DNA of 64,000 nucleotides from Camelus dromedarius. Taxonomy: Eukaryota. Below the pieces are notes generated by a model. It was not told the origin of the DNA. It saw only the letters and a list, made by a program, of their open reading frames with translations, and did no database searches. Each line of letters opens with the position of its first letter. Within the stretch, counting starts at the first letter, position 1. The stretch lies in NCBI RefSeq assembly GCF_036321535.1, contig NC_087461.1, positions 12,028,001 to 12,092,000 on the forward strand. Direction: 5' to 3'. Both the position numbers and the translations under genes were made by a program. Below are positions 48,820-62,649 of this stretch, piece after piece.

Positions 48820-50035
48820 ATCAGCCCATCTTCAAAATGTATCTAGAGCCTGACCGCTTTTTACCTCGTCTGCTCCTAGTCCACCACCACTTCTTTCTAG
48901 GACTATTGCAGTAGCCTCCTAAGTGGTTCCCCTGCTCTCCTTCTTGCCACCAGTAGTCTCCAGAGAGCACCCTGGGTGGTCGTCCCAATCCCTGAATTGC
49001 GTCACATCACTCTTCTGTGTGCTGCGTGGCCCACCATCTGTTCAAAGTACCAGCCCAGCCACCATCTGGACGAGTTCAAGTGAAGCCGCCATCTGGCCTC
49101 ATCTTCTGCCACCCCCATCCCTCTGTTCCAGTTACTGATGTCTTGGTAGTTCCTTTAATAGCCTAGCTTATTGCTACCCAAGCCTCTGTATTTTCTGTTC
49201 CCTTTGTCTGAAATGTTCTCCTAGACATCTATAAGAAGGGTGGCCTTTTCATTCAATCTTTATTCACATGTTGTCTCATCTGAACTGGGCTTCTTGGCCA
49301 CCCTTTCTGAAATATTGTTCCCTTTCCTATTAGGTTTATGCTAACCTGCTTTATCTCCCTACAGTAGACTACAGATCTCCCTTGGCTTCTGATGGGGTTA
49401 CATCCTGATAAACCCATCGTAAGTGGAAAATACCCTATGTTGAAAATGCATTTAATACACTCAACCTACCAAACACTATAGCTTAGCCTCACCTACTAAA
49501 AAACGTACTCAGAACACTTCCATTAGCCTACAGTTCAGCAAAATCACCTAACACAAAGCCTGCTTTACAGTAAAGTGTTGACCATCTCATGTAATTTATT
49601 AACTACTGTACTGAAAGTGAAAAGCAGCATGGTTGTGTGGGTCCAGCATGGTTGTTAAGTGTGTAGGTCATTCACTCTGGTGATCACGTGCTTGACCGGG
49701 AGCTGCAGCTCACTGCCTCTGCCCAGCATCGCAAGAGAGTAGCTACCACATATCTCTAGTCCAATAAAAGATCAAAATTCAAAATTTGAAGTACGGGGGC
49801 TTCTACTGAAGCGTATTTCTTTTGCACCATCATAAGGTCAAAAAATTGTTAAGTCAAACTCTTTTAAATTGGGGACTGCCTAACATAGTATGTGTTTATT
49901 GCCACATCCTACCTCTCCCCAACTCACATAAAAGGTCTAGGACAGCAGATGTCTTGTTTTGTTTGCTGCTATTTTACAATCTTCTAATATGATGCCTACA
50001 TAGAGTTAGATGCCCAATGAATACGTGATGGATAA
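48820..50035 (+). mobile_element. L2 3' region, split by a MER47/Tigger5 insertion
   Basis: cttcaaaatgtatctagagcctgacc…ggactattgcagtagcctcctaagtgg; resumes after 49882 and ends …tgcctacatagagttagatgcccaatgaatacgtgatgga. Confidence 0.75.
49372..49882 (+). mobile_element. MER47/Tigger5-type TcMar-Tigger element
   Basis: ta|cagatctcccttggcttctgatggggttacatcctgataaacccatcgtaag…gaaaatgcatttaatacac…tgcaccatcataaggtcaaaaaattgttaagtcaaac…ggggactgcc. Confidence 0.88.
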
Positions 50036-50179
50036 ATTAGCAAACTGGAGTGGATGATGTAGTTCTTTATGTGACTCTCAAAGCACTTGTACATACACAA
50101 TTGTATTTGACTCTACAAAGTAGAAAATCAGCATGGAGCAAATTTCTTTTCTTGCATGTACACCAATAAAAAATTGGTC

Positions 50180-50405
50180 TGATCCCAAAAAGACTTCTGC
50201 AGTGACAGAAAGCAGATCAGTGATTGATTGGGGGATGACAAAAGGAATGAGGGAACATTTTGGAGCAAGGCAGATATTCAGTATCTTCATTGTGGTGATA
50301 GTTTCATGGATATGTGCATATATCAGAACTTACCAAGTTTGTGCATTTTAAATATATACAATTGTTGGTATGTTATTTTACCTTAAAAATGCTGTTTTTT
50401 AAAAA
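50180..50405 (+). mobile_element. L1MC/ME 3' end
   Basis: gtgacagaaagcagatcagtg…cagtatcttcattgtggtgatagtttcatggatatgtgcatatatcagaacttacc…tgtgcattttaaatat…ttaccttaaaaatgctg. Confidence 0.75.
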
Positions 50406-52793
50406 AATATTATGTAACTTTCAAGATAACACAGCATTTTAATGACAAAGTTTGACAGGAGCCACATTGGCAGATCCTTGGGTCATTAACAGTAATGATT
50501 CTCAATTTACAATATCATTTATTTATATATTCCTCCTTGTGGAAAAAGGGAACTGTGCTTTTAAGGTTTGGAGATGTTCTCTATCACATACGTCAAGTTC
50601 CATTCCTTAAATTAAGTGAAAATCAAATAGCCAAAAGTAACTGGATAGTATTTGAGGAATTGCAGATTTATAGAAATTTTAGTTTGTACAAGTTAGAGAA
50701 TTAAATGATTTGACCGGGGTCGCATAGAACAGCAGCTTTGGTACGGGAATTAGAAACTGGATAACCCTGAATTTTGTTTCTCAGTATGAAAGCCACATTT
50801 CTCCTTCCTTTCATTCTTTATTGGCACATTGTAACATTTTTCCCCCCAAGAACCAAAAATATCTGTTTCTCAAAATCCTTTGAGCATGTTTCTTTTTCTC
50901 CCTTGTGAATGAGGCATTCTAAATGCCTCCTGGCACATACAGGACTCACTGTTAAGCTCTTTTTTTATATTTACTATTTAAGAGATGCATTCCCCATTAA
51001 AAACAATATCAAGAGAACTGGAGGGAAAAAAGAAAACAGTAAAGGAATCAGCAAGGTGTACATGTCAGGTCAAGTTAAGGCTGAAATTCCACCTAATGTG
51101 GTCAAATAAGCCACGTTGTAATTAATCTGTTCCTGGCAGAGCAGCTGCTCTCAAGCTGATCAATATTTTTCTGTTTAAATGGACACTTATTTTTAAATTT
51201 TCCTATTATGTGCTACTAAGTACCTACTGAATGGAAAGTGCACAGAGGGATTCAAAGAAGTCAGACCGACTTTCAAGGAGACAGACTAGAACCAATGCCA
51301 AATATTTTGTAATGCAAAGAAAACATACTGTGTTTTGAGATCCTTAAAACTACTTTTTTTGTTTTGAATCATTAGGGAATCTTTCTTTTAGCTTTAAATT
51401 GATTGGTTTATCCCATTTATTTCACGTATATCCCTAAGACTCTTGATCAATTTATAGTTGTGATTTTAAGTGCATTTAGATACTAATTACTACCTAAAGG
51501 GTGTGCTTGGTGAATTCTTTCATAATGTTAATAATTACTCCTTGGTTATCTAGCATGAGTAATTGTGTGTGTGTGCATATATATGTAAATATATATATAT
51601 ATATATTTTTATATAAACACACACATACGTGATTTTCTTAAATTGGGACAAACTTCTATGCTTGTAAGTATCACTCAGTAATCTTAGGCAAGCCTGTTCA
51701 AGCAGAGAGAAAAAAAAAAACAATGGAAAATTAAGACTCCTGTGTGATTCTTTTTTCATTTGCATCACGTCTCACATGTAAACAGACACTAGCATGTTTC
51801 CTCGAGCCTAGCTGTGAATGTTAAATATTTTTAGTTTCTCTTTAGAATCTGGAGTCTAGATACTACCAGTAGGAAGTTGCTAATGAAAATTGATGCTTTT
51901 GCTTCTGGCCAGGCATACCACAGAGAGATCATGGAGGTAACGTCCAACTCATGAACAGAGCATGCCTTATAAAACAAGGGACATCATCACCGAGGCTGGA
52001 TTCGCAGTATCTGCATAGAAACAAACTCTAGCTGGACTGCCAGATATTATGCTGGGATTAAAAGTTGTTTGCGTCTGCAGAATTCTAAAAGAAAGATCCG
52101 CTGCAATTTTTTATGTTTGTTATAATTTTTCCATTAAGATTGTGACAAAACTACAAAAATGTTTGGTTAAAAAACAAAAAAAAAGAAGAAGAAAAAGAAG
52201 AAGAGAAATCTGAGCCCTCTATAAATATTTCTCTTATTACTGATGGCATTTGAGCAGTGTCTCATCTGAATTGCTTGCCAGTCTTCCGCAATCCTTTGGG
52301 ACTATTTTGAGACTAGATTACCCAATGCTTTAGCTTAAGTTCTCCATGTTTTATGAACTCCCCTTCCAGCTACGTGACAAAATGTCTAGAACATTATCTA
52401 TAAGCACCATCTCCAATTCCTCTCTTGTGGTTTCTCTTGAACCCATCCATCCAGACCTACAGTACCACCACTCCATAGAAACAGCTGTGGTCAGGGTCAC
52501 CTGTGACCCCCCCCACCCCCCACAGCATGTTAAAAAGCCCTCTTGTCAGCACCTGCCACACTAGACCACTTCCTGTGCTTAAGACATGTACCTCTCCTGG
52601 CCTCCTGAGTGCCCCTCACTCCCAGTTATCTTCTGACCTCACTGGCCGCTCCTCTAAGGCCTTCTTTGTTGATTCCTTTTCAATTTTTCACCCTTAAACA
52701 TTGGCCACTGCCCACAGATGGCTTCTCTTCTCAGCTCTGCTGGTGCCCTAAGTGGTCTGATCCAGTCTCTCAGGGCCAGATGTCACCTATGTG

Positions 52794-53174
52794 ATTCTTA
52801 GTCCAACTCAGGCTGCCATGACCAAATTCTGTAGATGCGGTAAACAATGGAAATTTATTTCCTCACAATTCTGGAGGCTTGAAAGTCAAAGATCAGGTTC
52901 TGGTGAGGCCTCTCATCCTGGCCTGCAGAGGGCCACCTTCTCGATGTGTCCTCACATGGCCTTTCCTTGGTGTCTGTACATGGAGAGGGAAAGAAGATCT
53001 CTCTGGTGTTTCTTTCTGCAAGGGCNNNNNNNNNNNNNNNNNNNNNNNNNNNNNNNNNNNNNNNNNNNNNNNNNNNNNNNNNNNNNNNNNNNNNNNNNNN
53101 NNNNNNNNNNNNNNNNNNNNNNNNNNNNNNNNNNNNNNNNNNNNNNNNNNNNNNNAAACATTCAGTCTGCAGCA
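52794..53174 (-). mobile_element. MLT1A/B solo LTR containing the assembly gap
   Basis: tcttagtccaactcaggctgcc…aaatttatttcctcacaattctggaggc…gtgtcctcacatggcc…aagggc[N130]aaacattcagtctgcagca. Confidence 0.88.
53026..53155. other. assembly gap (130 N)
   Basis: Run of n characters. Confidence 1.
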
Positions 53175-55833
53175 ATGGTGATGTCTCCTCTGGCCCTCAC
53201 CTCTCCTGAAGACCCCAGATACATATTTCACATCACCTACTTGACATCTCACCCTTAACAGGTCCAATAGTCAACTTCTGATTCCCCCAACAAAACCTAC
53301 ATCTTCCAGCGTCAGTACATGGCAACCCTCTCCTGCCATCAGCCACTGCCATTCTCCTTAACCCTTTATATATCTTACTTCATATCCAATCTGTCAGGAA
53401 ATCCTCTTCACTCTACTTTCAAACTGAAATCTGACCACTTCTTACCACCTCTGGTTCTCTGCCCAGGTCCAAAGTACCAAAATCTCTACCCTGGATTGTT
53501 GCCTTAAGTTCCTGTGGTTTTCTGGTGTTCATCCTTGTCCCCTTTCGTGAGCTCTCCTCAAAGCGGCCCTGGTAAATGAACCTCATCTCATCCCACCTCT
53601 GCTCACGTCCCTCTGTTGTTTTCCCAGCTCATCGAGAGTGTGAAGGGTCTGCATCTGCAGGGTCTGACCACGTGCTTCCTTTCTGATCTCATGTCATCCA
53701 TTTCCCATCTCTCTCACTCTCCTTCAAACACACTAGTCCTTTGTGGGCCCGGGGATGCACCAGGCATGCTCCTCCCTCTGTCCAGACTGTTCTTAGTCCA
53801 GATATCTGCAAGCCTTGCTCCCAGCCTTCTTTCAAATATCTTACCAGCAGGACATTCAACTACTGTGAATAAAATAGCAACCCACCCACTCCCACCCCAC
53901 TGCTCTCTGCCCCCCACACCCTGTTTTATTTCACTCCCTGTTGTTTGGCACACTCTCCACTCTTGTCCATGAACTCATTGTCTATTGTACATCAGTAGAA
54001 ATGAAGATCTGAATTCACCGTCTATCCCCAGCCTTTGGAAGACTGTGTGGCACACACGGGTACTATATAAATATTTCTAGGAGTGACATCTGCCTCTTAT
54101 GGTACTCATTCTGCACTGCTGCTGCTCTAAACCTAAAACAGCCCTGAGTTTCATCAGTGTCTCTCCCATCTTAAGGCTTTCACCTAAGGATCAAAATAAC
54201 AGTTCAATCTGCTTTTGCTTTTAGTTGTTGTAACTTGCATAAGCACACCCTGTCGGTTGAAGCACTTGTCCTGTGGAGAAGGGACATACGATTCTCCCTT
54301 TTGTTATGCTTGTTTTAAAGCATAATATTTATATATCAGTTGAACTGCATTGTAGAAGATAGAGCCAAGGGAATGCACAGATGTCTGGATGTGATAGTGA
54401 TCTGGGCTGGGTCTCATTTCTCCAGGTGACTTCCAGCCCAGGGTATGTACTCATTCAATGTCTGTTGTGATGGGGCAGCCCAAGATGCCTTTGGTAAGTT
54501 CTTCAGCCATTGAAGCAAGTAGAAGTATTGTGGGTTTATTGCTTCTTTCCCAGGACCTTTGGGTAGGAGGGCCAACAATTGTCATTTTGATCTTGAGGCA
54601 TTTAGGGATTGGGGGGGTGGACCCTTACCTCTGCAAGCAGGGAGAAAGGTTGCTCATGGTGGGCCTGGAAACAGGGGTTGTATTTTGTCAACAGTGATGG
54701 GGAGACCTGGTGACATGGATCTGAGCAGGGCTACTTTGTCATCGCGGTCTGTCCTCACCACCCCTCCCAGGGCTGTCTTTGCCACCCTCAGACATCTGTT
54801 CTTTATTGTGATCATGTACTGGAGAACAGAAGCTAAGTTCAAAAGGCAGCACTGAAACTACAAAGGGAAATGGGGAGGAGGAGGAGGAAGCAGTCATGTG
54901 TGATGTCCCTTAAATGCCCCTTCAGAAAGCACCGGAGGGCAACAGAAGGTAACGGTAACAGTAAAGTCTCTCTGGGTTCTTTCGAGGGCAGATTGGAAAG
55001 CTCGACTTGTCAGGCCCAGCCCTGGGGATTCACATCATGGGATCTGGCACCCAGCCCTTCCGTAGAGCCCCTGCGAGCCGGAGGCCGGGCATTTGGGAGG
55101 ATCTTATTACCCTAGTGCACCTGGAATTCTCCCGGCAGCAACTCTGCCCTTTTCCACTTGCCTGTAAAGCGAGATGGGGCCTACAAGGAGATGTCTTACA
55201 GAAATTAGATAAACCTTTCAAAAACTTTTTAAAAGCCCTGCTCCAACCAGGACAAGTGCCACCAAGTGACCTCACCTGGCACACACAACCGACAGATCCA
55301 TCTCAACCCCATGCTCTCCGCTGTCCAGCTCACACTGCCTTGCACATGTGATCCGGAGCACCTGTCCGGCCTTCAAGGGCAGGGGTACTGCCCACTGCCA
55401 GGGGTCTGCATTCTCCTAGGAGGCACCTCACTTTGGAACCCCTTCATTCCTCTGGCCAGGGCTGAAAAAAGAACATTCCAGATGTCCCCAGAGGGGCAGG
55501 GTGTGGAGAGGGCTGACGACGGGGTGATGCTGAAGAGGCTTCCAGAAGAGCCACACCCTCTGGCACGGACCCAGGGACACAGGAGGAGCGGCAGGGAAGA
55601 CGCAGGGAGGGGTGGGGGCTGGCAGCCAGGGACCAGCCCCTGGCTCTCCCTCTGTCCCTGTGCCGCCTGGTTGGATTTGTCTGGGAGTGTCCACAGGGTA
55701 GCTGTGGCCTGTTAGGGTGGAGAGAACTTTCATAACAGCCTGAGACAGCCTCCTGAAAGCTCAGAAGAACCCGATAGTGAACAAGTAACAGAAATAATTA
55801 GCACATAATAATAATGGAAAAAATTTGAAACTT

Positions 55834-55990
55834 GGAGAGGAGGGTATAGCTCAGTGGTAGAGTGCATGCCTAGCATGCATGATGTCCTGGGTTCAATCCC
55901 CATCACCTCCATTAAAAAATGAATAAATAAATAAATAAACCTAATTACCTCCTCCTTCCCCCCAAAAAAATAAAGTGAAAAAAAAAGATA
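55834..55990 (+). mobile_element. camelid tRNA-derived SINE (vic-1-like), long-tail form
   Basis: ggagaggagggtatagctcagtggtagagtgcatgcctagcatgcatgatgtcctgggttcaatccccatcacctcc…aataaataaacctaattacctcc…A-rich. Confidence 0.92.
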
Positions 55991-55994
55991 ATAT

Positions 55995-56105
55995 TGAAAA
56001 AAAGTTTTTAAAAGATTGATAATTCCCCCCAAGTTAATTTCAAACACTGCACCATGGATCCAAGGAGCTCAGAGAACACCAAACAGGATAAATGCAAAAA
56101 AACAT
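55995..56105 (+). mobile_element. L1 ORF1 internal remnant
   Basis: ggatccaaggagctcagagaacaccaaacaggataaatgcaaaaaa resembles L1 ORF1 sequence encoding IQEAQRTP-RIN-KK. Confidence 0.6.
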
Positions 56106-58679
56106 TTTTTTTTAATTGAAGCTTAAATAGTCACAGAAGCAGTCACCAATGACTGTGACGTGGAGACACAAAGTAGCTCAGCACGACTGAGCTCTCCTGC
56201 CAACGTGAAGCCAAAAATAAAGTAAGCAAGTGTCTGGGAGAAGCAGAGGACACCCAGGTACCTGCGTCCATCAGGACTACTCAGAAAGTCAGCAACGTCA
56301 CATCTGTTGATGGAAGGACCTATTCCTAGCGTTGACGCCAATGTTCAGGAAACATTCCTAATCCTTCTGTCGCACACGAGCCTGCCTGGGACCTGCACAG
56401 AGACATCTGGACCGTGTGCCTAAATATTTTGAAAGCTGTAAATCAGGCTGACAAACAGTTGGGTAAAATATGTTCTAGCCTCATGCTTTGACCAGGATCC
56501 CTTCACCACCACCTAGAAAGGCAGATGTGATTTTAGAATTTTTAAAATTTTCCGAGTTCTCTGCCAGATCGCGGGATGAAGGAGTGTCCGCCTCAGCCCT
56601 GATCTGTAGCAGCCCACTCTCCTCCCGTTTCTCCCGCCATCTCTTTTCATGTTTTGTGTGCATGACGCCCAACCTGCAGGGGCAAGCCCCCAACCCCCAT
56701 GCTTCTTGCTTACAGCCTTGACCGCCCTCAGCACTTGGGGTGCACTCAGCGATGTTGGGGGTGGGGAGGGGTTCCAAAGTGTAGACCCCCTGGGTGGGGG
56801 CCCCCTCTGCCACCCTCCTCTTCCATCACACAGTTCGACCCTGATTCCATCAGGACTTACAGACATAAGCCCTGCACATCCATCAGATCAAATTAGGGGA
56901 AGCTGATCACTGCTGTGAGAGCCAGCATTGGATAGATGAGTTACTTTCTCACTGATGGGGCCAGTCTCTTTTTTAAGACCTTCAAAATGAAGGCCAGTGG
57001 TAGATGAATTCCCCCAACTGCCCACATCCTCTTTCTCACCATTCTCTGGAAAAAAATGTTGAGCCTCCCCCTCAAACACCCAAGAAGCAGCTGAGAAAAA
57101 GGCAGCCCCAAAAAAGAACAGCCACTCAACTCAGCGCGTGCCTCACCCTCCCAGACAGTCACATTTCCAACCGCACTGCCTTCTCCACAGACCTGGGAGC
57201 AGAAAAGCAAGGAGTGAAATGTGAGTGTTCCCGAACCCCTGGCGGGGGCTGCCTGTGCTGGAGCATCCCCTCCACAGAGACCCTCCTGCCGTCTGCCCCC
57301 GTTCCCTGAGTGGGTGCACCTAAGGGTGGCAAAGGCCAGCTGTTTGCAGACTGATGGATTTTTCCCCAGATCCTTCCCTGAGGTGCTAGAGAGTGGACCA
57401 GTTCCAGGAGAGTCCCAGACTGATGGGGACTAGAATCGCTGGGGGACAAGAGCCCTGGCAGAAGGCTGGGCCACAAAGGACACCAAGATGTAGAGTCCAG
57501 GAGCGAGAGGGAGGATAGGAAAGATGTGGGAAGAAGTGGCACCAAACGGCATGGCTCTCTGGGGTCCCAGCATCCCACAGTTACTGCTTTTAAAATGTAA
57601 TTTGAAACAGGGAGGAGACTGTCTTGGGAAGTGGAATCCATAGATATGGGTGTACTGGCGTTTGTTTACAACATTTGTCATCAAAGGATGGTTTCTGTTT
57701 TTTGTCATTTGTGTGACTTAGAGTGTCAAAGTATAAAGAAGTGCGTTTGTTTCCAGTTACCCTGAAAGTTTCTTCTGGAAATTGTTGGTGATTCTGAGGT
57801 ACGCTTACCAGAGGGGAAAAGAAGGTTGTCCTGTCACTACCCCCTAGTGTCTTTCTCCCCCAACACAGGGACTAAAGTGGTTGTACCTTTTCAAGAAAAA
57901 TAATTTTCACATAATAGTAAAAAATATAAGAAATTATGAACAATAAAATTCTTGATACTCTATATTGGGGTTTTAAAAAAATCTACATGTAATTTATATA
58001 AAAACTAACATTTCATACTGAAAAGTTTCCTCAAGAAATATTCATTCATCCATAATAATTACTGGTTATTATGATGTAAAATACTGATAACTTAGCAGAG
58101 AAGAAAATAAATTTCAGATTAACTCAGATGGTTTCTTACTAATGCCCATAATCTCTGGTCTTAAATCTGCTCATCAGTATAATTGAAGACCAGGCAGGAT
58201 GTATAAATATTCTGGTGGAGATGGGCACATGCACTCTGATTTATAGCCAAAGTCTTTCTGCTACTTTGAAAACATTCATTGGAAATTCTGTAAAAGTTGC
58301 ACCTTTCATATCCTTAAAAGGCCAATTCCTTTGTTTCTGGGATCATGGTTATTGTACTTTTATATTTTTGTTCTTTAAGAAAATCTCCTTCCTTTTGTGG
58401 CCTTTACTCTTTGGTTCTGTATTATAGAATTTCTGCACCCATTTTTTTTTCTTTTTATGAAAAGACGAGGAAAACTTCCAAATTTTCATAATTACATCCA
58501 GGTTTAAGCTCCGCAGTCGGATCTGGGTGCTCTGTAGAAGTGACACTATTCAGACACTATGATTTTAACAAAAAAAATTAAATAAAAATATTCTTTAATT
58601 TTATGGATGGAAAAAATACAGACAATAAAAAAAAATTCTATAATAGACACTACCAAAATCAAACAGATATTTGCAGCCT

Positions 58680-58850
58680 AGCACAATGATTAACATAATT
58701 AGCTGAGTGAGTCATACAAGTTACTTCTCTTTACTTCATCTGTAAAATGGGGATAATTATAGTGCAACCTCATAAAGAAGGTTAAATGAGTTACTATTTG
58801 GAAAGGGCCTAGACCGGTGCCTGGCACATAGTGAGTGCTATATAAGGTGT
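58680..58850 (+). mobile_element. MIR SINE
   Basis: ttcatctgtaaaatggggataattatagtgcaacctcata…ggttaaatgag…gtgcctggcacatagtgagtgct. Confidence 0.88.
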
Positions 58851-58879
58851 TAAATTTTAGAAAGAAAAATATGTTTCTA

Positions 58880-60960
58880 TAACAGCTTTAGGCCTCATAT
58901 TTTTTTAAAAAGTAAAATCTAAAATCCCATCATCTTTCCATCCCCCTTCTTCTTTCCCAGAGCTAGTGGGAAGCGTCTGGCTGAAGTCACAGGGTGTGGC
59001 CGCCACACATAAACAATGTATATTACTATTTTGTCTGTTGCACAACTTTGCATAAGTGGGGTCATAGTGCATGTATCCTTTTGTAACCTTACGTGTTCAC
59101 TCAACTTTGTGTTTTGGAGACTTTTCCATGTTGATGGGTGTGATTCTATTTCATTCATGATAACTGCTGTTGACGATTCCATGATAAGAATGAACCACTG
59201 AGAACAACAAATCAGAAGGAAGCAATGCTACAGTGAGCATCGTGGACCAGATGCCCGCCCATGAGATTTCATCTGTGATAGATAATTTAAAAGAAATAGC
59301 CAGGTTATAGGATGCACATCTTGCACGTCACCAGGTGTCCTAAAATGATGGTGTGGATTTGTACTTTCACCACCAGTGAATCACAGACTCCATTTTCCCA
59401 TGATCTGGCCAATACTTGAAGTTAGCAGACTTCCTGACTCTTGCCTATCTGATGGGTTTAAAAGAATGTTTCATTGTTTCCATTTTCATTTCCATAATTA
59501 CTAGTGAGATTGGGCTTTTTTATATTTATTGGCTGCTGGAGTTTCTTCCTGTATGGATTACCTAATTATATCCATTTTTGTATATCCACTCTGGCCCATT
59601 TTCTATTTTCTTGTTGATAAATAAGAGTTCTTTAATTTTTCTGACTATTAATCCCTGGTAGAGCAAACGGGTGATAAATATGTCTTCTCTCAGACTCTGG
59701 TTTCTCTACTTTGTTTACAATGTCTTTTGTAGTGCAGAATATTCATTTTCATGTAGTGTAATTAAGCAATGTTTTTCTCTGTGGCTTATGATTTTTCTTT
59801 CTTTTAAAAGTCTTTCCCTCTACCAACATAGTAGGAGATAATACCGTGTTTCGTCTTGGTTTGTTTTTTAAGTTTCATCATTTAGCTTCTCACATACAGG
59901 ACTCTAGTCCATCAGGAATTTATTTTACTTATGTTGTAAGGAAAGGATATATTTTTTTACTTTTTCCATATGGTGCACCAATTTTCCTGACACTGTTTAT
60001 GGAACAGCTGTTTCTCCATGGACTTGTACCACCATCTCTGTCATACATCAAGCTTTTGTAAAGCCTATGTCTTTTTCTAGGCTCTGTTTTGTTCGATGAA
60101 CCTCCTTGCTCTATCCCTGTACCAGAACCACACTGTCTTAGTAGTGTTGCTATAGAAAAGTACTCCCTCTTACTGTTGTTCTTCAAATCTGTCATATTGT
60201 TGGTGATATAAGTGCTGTATTTTTATCAAACAATATTCTCTGATTTTTTTCTAGTATTTGGGGTTGCTTTGGAGTTTATAATTGACTATCTTTCAGTCGT
60301 GTTGAATCCTTATTAGTTCTAATACTGTGTCTGCAGGTTTCCTTGGACTCTCTGTTATATCATCTGAGGATAATCACAGTTTTGATTTATCCTTTCTAAT
60401 CCATATACCTTGCATTTCTTTTTCTTGTATTAAGTGGGCTAGCCAGGACTTTAGATGCAACAATAGCACAAATTCTGAATTTGAAGAGAATGCTTCTAAG
60501 ATTTCATTATTAAGCGTTATGTTCGTTTGAGGTTTTTGGTGGATGCCTTTCATTATGTTAAAAAAGTTCTCTTTAATTGTTAAATTATTATTGTTGTTGT
60601 TTTTAATTTTGAATATGTTTTGGATTTTTCTTAACATTTTTTCTGACACTATCAAGATTATTGTAGAGTTTTTCTTATTTATTATTGCAGCATATAATAG
60701 TACTGGACTTTATGGTGTTAAACCATCCTTACATTCCTGAGATGAACTCTTCTTGGTTATGATGGGTTTTTTTTTTTTTTTCATACATTGCTAAATTTGC
60801 TTTGCTAATGTTTAATTTAGGGAGTTGCATTTAAATTTGAAATCTTTACTTTTATTACTTTCTTAATATCCAGGTTAATACCATCCTTACAATATGAGTT
60901 GATAGTGCAATGTTTAACTTAACCAACAGGTCGCCCTAAGTGTAAGAAAGAATCCAGTTA
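58880..60960 (-). mobile_element. L1ME ORF2 C-terminal region plus 3' UTR, decayed
   Basis: Minus-strand ORFs 60374-60655 (KENFFNIMKGIHQKPQTNITLNNEILEAF…QEKEMQGIWIRK) and 59929-60195 resemble L1 ORF2; L1ME-type 3' UTR toward 58900. Confidence 0.85.
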
Positions 60961-61854
60961 TGCTTGTAGTGTATCTGCAGTCAGTTATAATGTTTTTCAA
61001 AGCATTTTCTTATACTATGTTCTGCCTTAATTGTTGAGTAACCTTTAAGGTTAAATTCTTGACTCTGTTGATGTTGTTGTTTGTTCTGTAGTGACTTTGC
61101 ACTATTAACTCCATACACAGGTCTCTAACGAATCCACGTAAGAGGGCGTGATAGGCTCACAGCACAAGAAATCAGCATCTGCATCTTAGACATTCACATC
61201 TTTAACACAGGCTGAATTCCAAAAGTTATCAGATTCTTCAAGGTATTATTTTTAGAGAAATGCTTTCAGATGGTCACTTCAACGGTATTATCATTTCACT
61301 TGAGTCCCAACTCTACCAGATTGTCTGGAACAAGACAAAGTTAAGGAGTTAAGCACTGATGGTGCCATTACTAAGGCTCTCTATCAAGAATTGATCCCTC
61401 TCAACAAGGTCTCTGTCTTGTGACTGCTGTCTGTCAGGTTGTTGGATGGGTAAGACTCTACCATATTTCATTTCCTACAACGTTATTTTTAACATGTTCT
61501 CCCATGATGCTAACACAGGCTGCACCACAATTACGACTCTTTTAAAGTACATTCTAAATTAGAATTTCACTTAAAATTGCTCTTGCAATTTCTCAGTCTT
61601 TCATAAAGATTCTCCAGAGAGTCTCCACAGTTCCCCAGTTATAACTAATAGAAGATAAATGAGTTAGAAGACTTCATAGAGTCTTGCCTTGTCTTTAAAT
61701 ATCAAGTATCTGAATGAAATAGAAAACATTCGATTGGTATAATCCATTTCAGATACTGCAGCAAAGATCTGGTGTTTACCCAAAGACACTGAAATCTGAG
61801 AGTAAAATTATTCCCCCCCCCCCAAATTATTCAGACTTTCTGTGGAGAATAAAT

Positions 61855-61960
61855 TTTTTTCTTTTTTTTTTTTATTATTTTTTAATGGAGGTACTAGAGC
61901 TGGAGCTGAAGACCTCTTGCACATTAAGCATGTGCTGTACCATTGAGCTGTACCTACCCC
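61855..61960 (-). mobile_element. degraded camelid tRNA-derived SINE
   Basis: ttttaatggaggtactagagctggagctgaagacctcttgcacattaagcatgtgctgtaccattgagctgtacctacccc. Confidence 0.8.
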
Positions 61961-62649
61961 ACTCTGATTTTCTATTATCTTCTTCTTTGCAAGACAACTT
62001 TCACCATCTTGCTTTGTCATCTACTTGGAAAGCTATTCCGTAGGAAGGGACACCGAAGCATGAGTCTGTCCAGGATGTGAAACGTTCCCAACATCAGAGG
62101 GCATGTTAGTACTTTTCAAGGAATACACGTGACCTTGTCTTCAGATGTCTGCTGTGTCTGAAACAAAATGTCAGCTGGTGTCAGATCTGAATCATTAATT
62201 TCTAAATAACAGTGTTATTTATGGAACCACTGTGAGGGCTGTGATTAGTTGTTTATCATTTTCCACCCCCTGCCCCTCTGTACCTGGCACAGAACCAAAC
62301 ACAGCTTAGGGGCTGGTCTTGTGAATGAAGGAAGCGACATCTACAGAGCCTTCTAAGGTACCTCTCAGTGCATTTACATTTCTTTTTTAAAACCATGTTT
62401 CTGAAATTCAGTCTCCTAAGGATATACCACGATGTTAACTATATTGGCATTTCTTGCTTATATTAAGTAGCAGTGTCCTCCCCATTTCAGATGCCAACTC
62501 CACTGAGAGTTTTAATATGTGTGCCTCCCTTGGCCCATTTCTTCTGGCTTAAAAAAAAATTACTCAATTAACTGAGTAGGAACCTTCTTGGCCAGTCTCT
62601 TTAGATCTGTGTGGGTTGTCTTTTAAGATGATCAAGTCAAAGCATACTT

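Larger units (their letters stand above)
52350..54080 (+). mobile_element. L2 ORF2/3' remnant, split by an MLT1 LTR
   Basis: ORF 52346-52564 carries LEPIHPDLQYHHSIETAVVRVTCD, a decayed L2/CR1 RT motif (LDPLQSGF…HSTETALxKVxND). L2-like sequence continues after 53175 to gcacacacgggtactatataaatatttc. Confidence 0.8.

Noticed and set aside
51564-51626. (TG)/(TA)/(CA) quasi-palindrome
   Set aside because: Ordinary compound microsatellite; the symmetry follows from its composition.
52791-53267. Cluster of long ORFs containing X runs
   Set aside because: Artefact of the N gap inside the MLT1 LTR.
54445-54499. TTG|gtaagt donor with upstream ATGs
   Set aside because: ATG-open frames exist in both phase 0 (54485) and phase 1 (54445) with no other support. 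Kept only as a control showing such pairs arise by chance.
57830-58530. AT-rich block that looks like an old DNA-transposon remnant
   Set aside because: Could not identify termini or family with confidence.
61136-61148. acgtaagagggcg resembling 4664-4676
   Set aside because: 13-mer pairs with one mismatch are expected in the hundreds or more in 64 kb.
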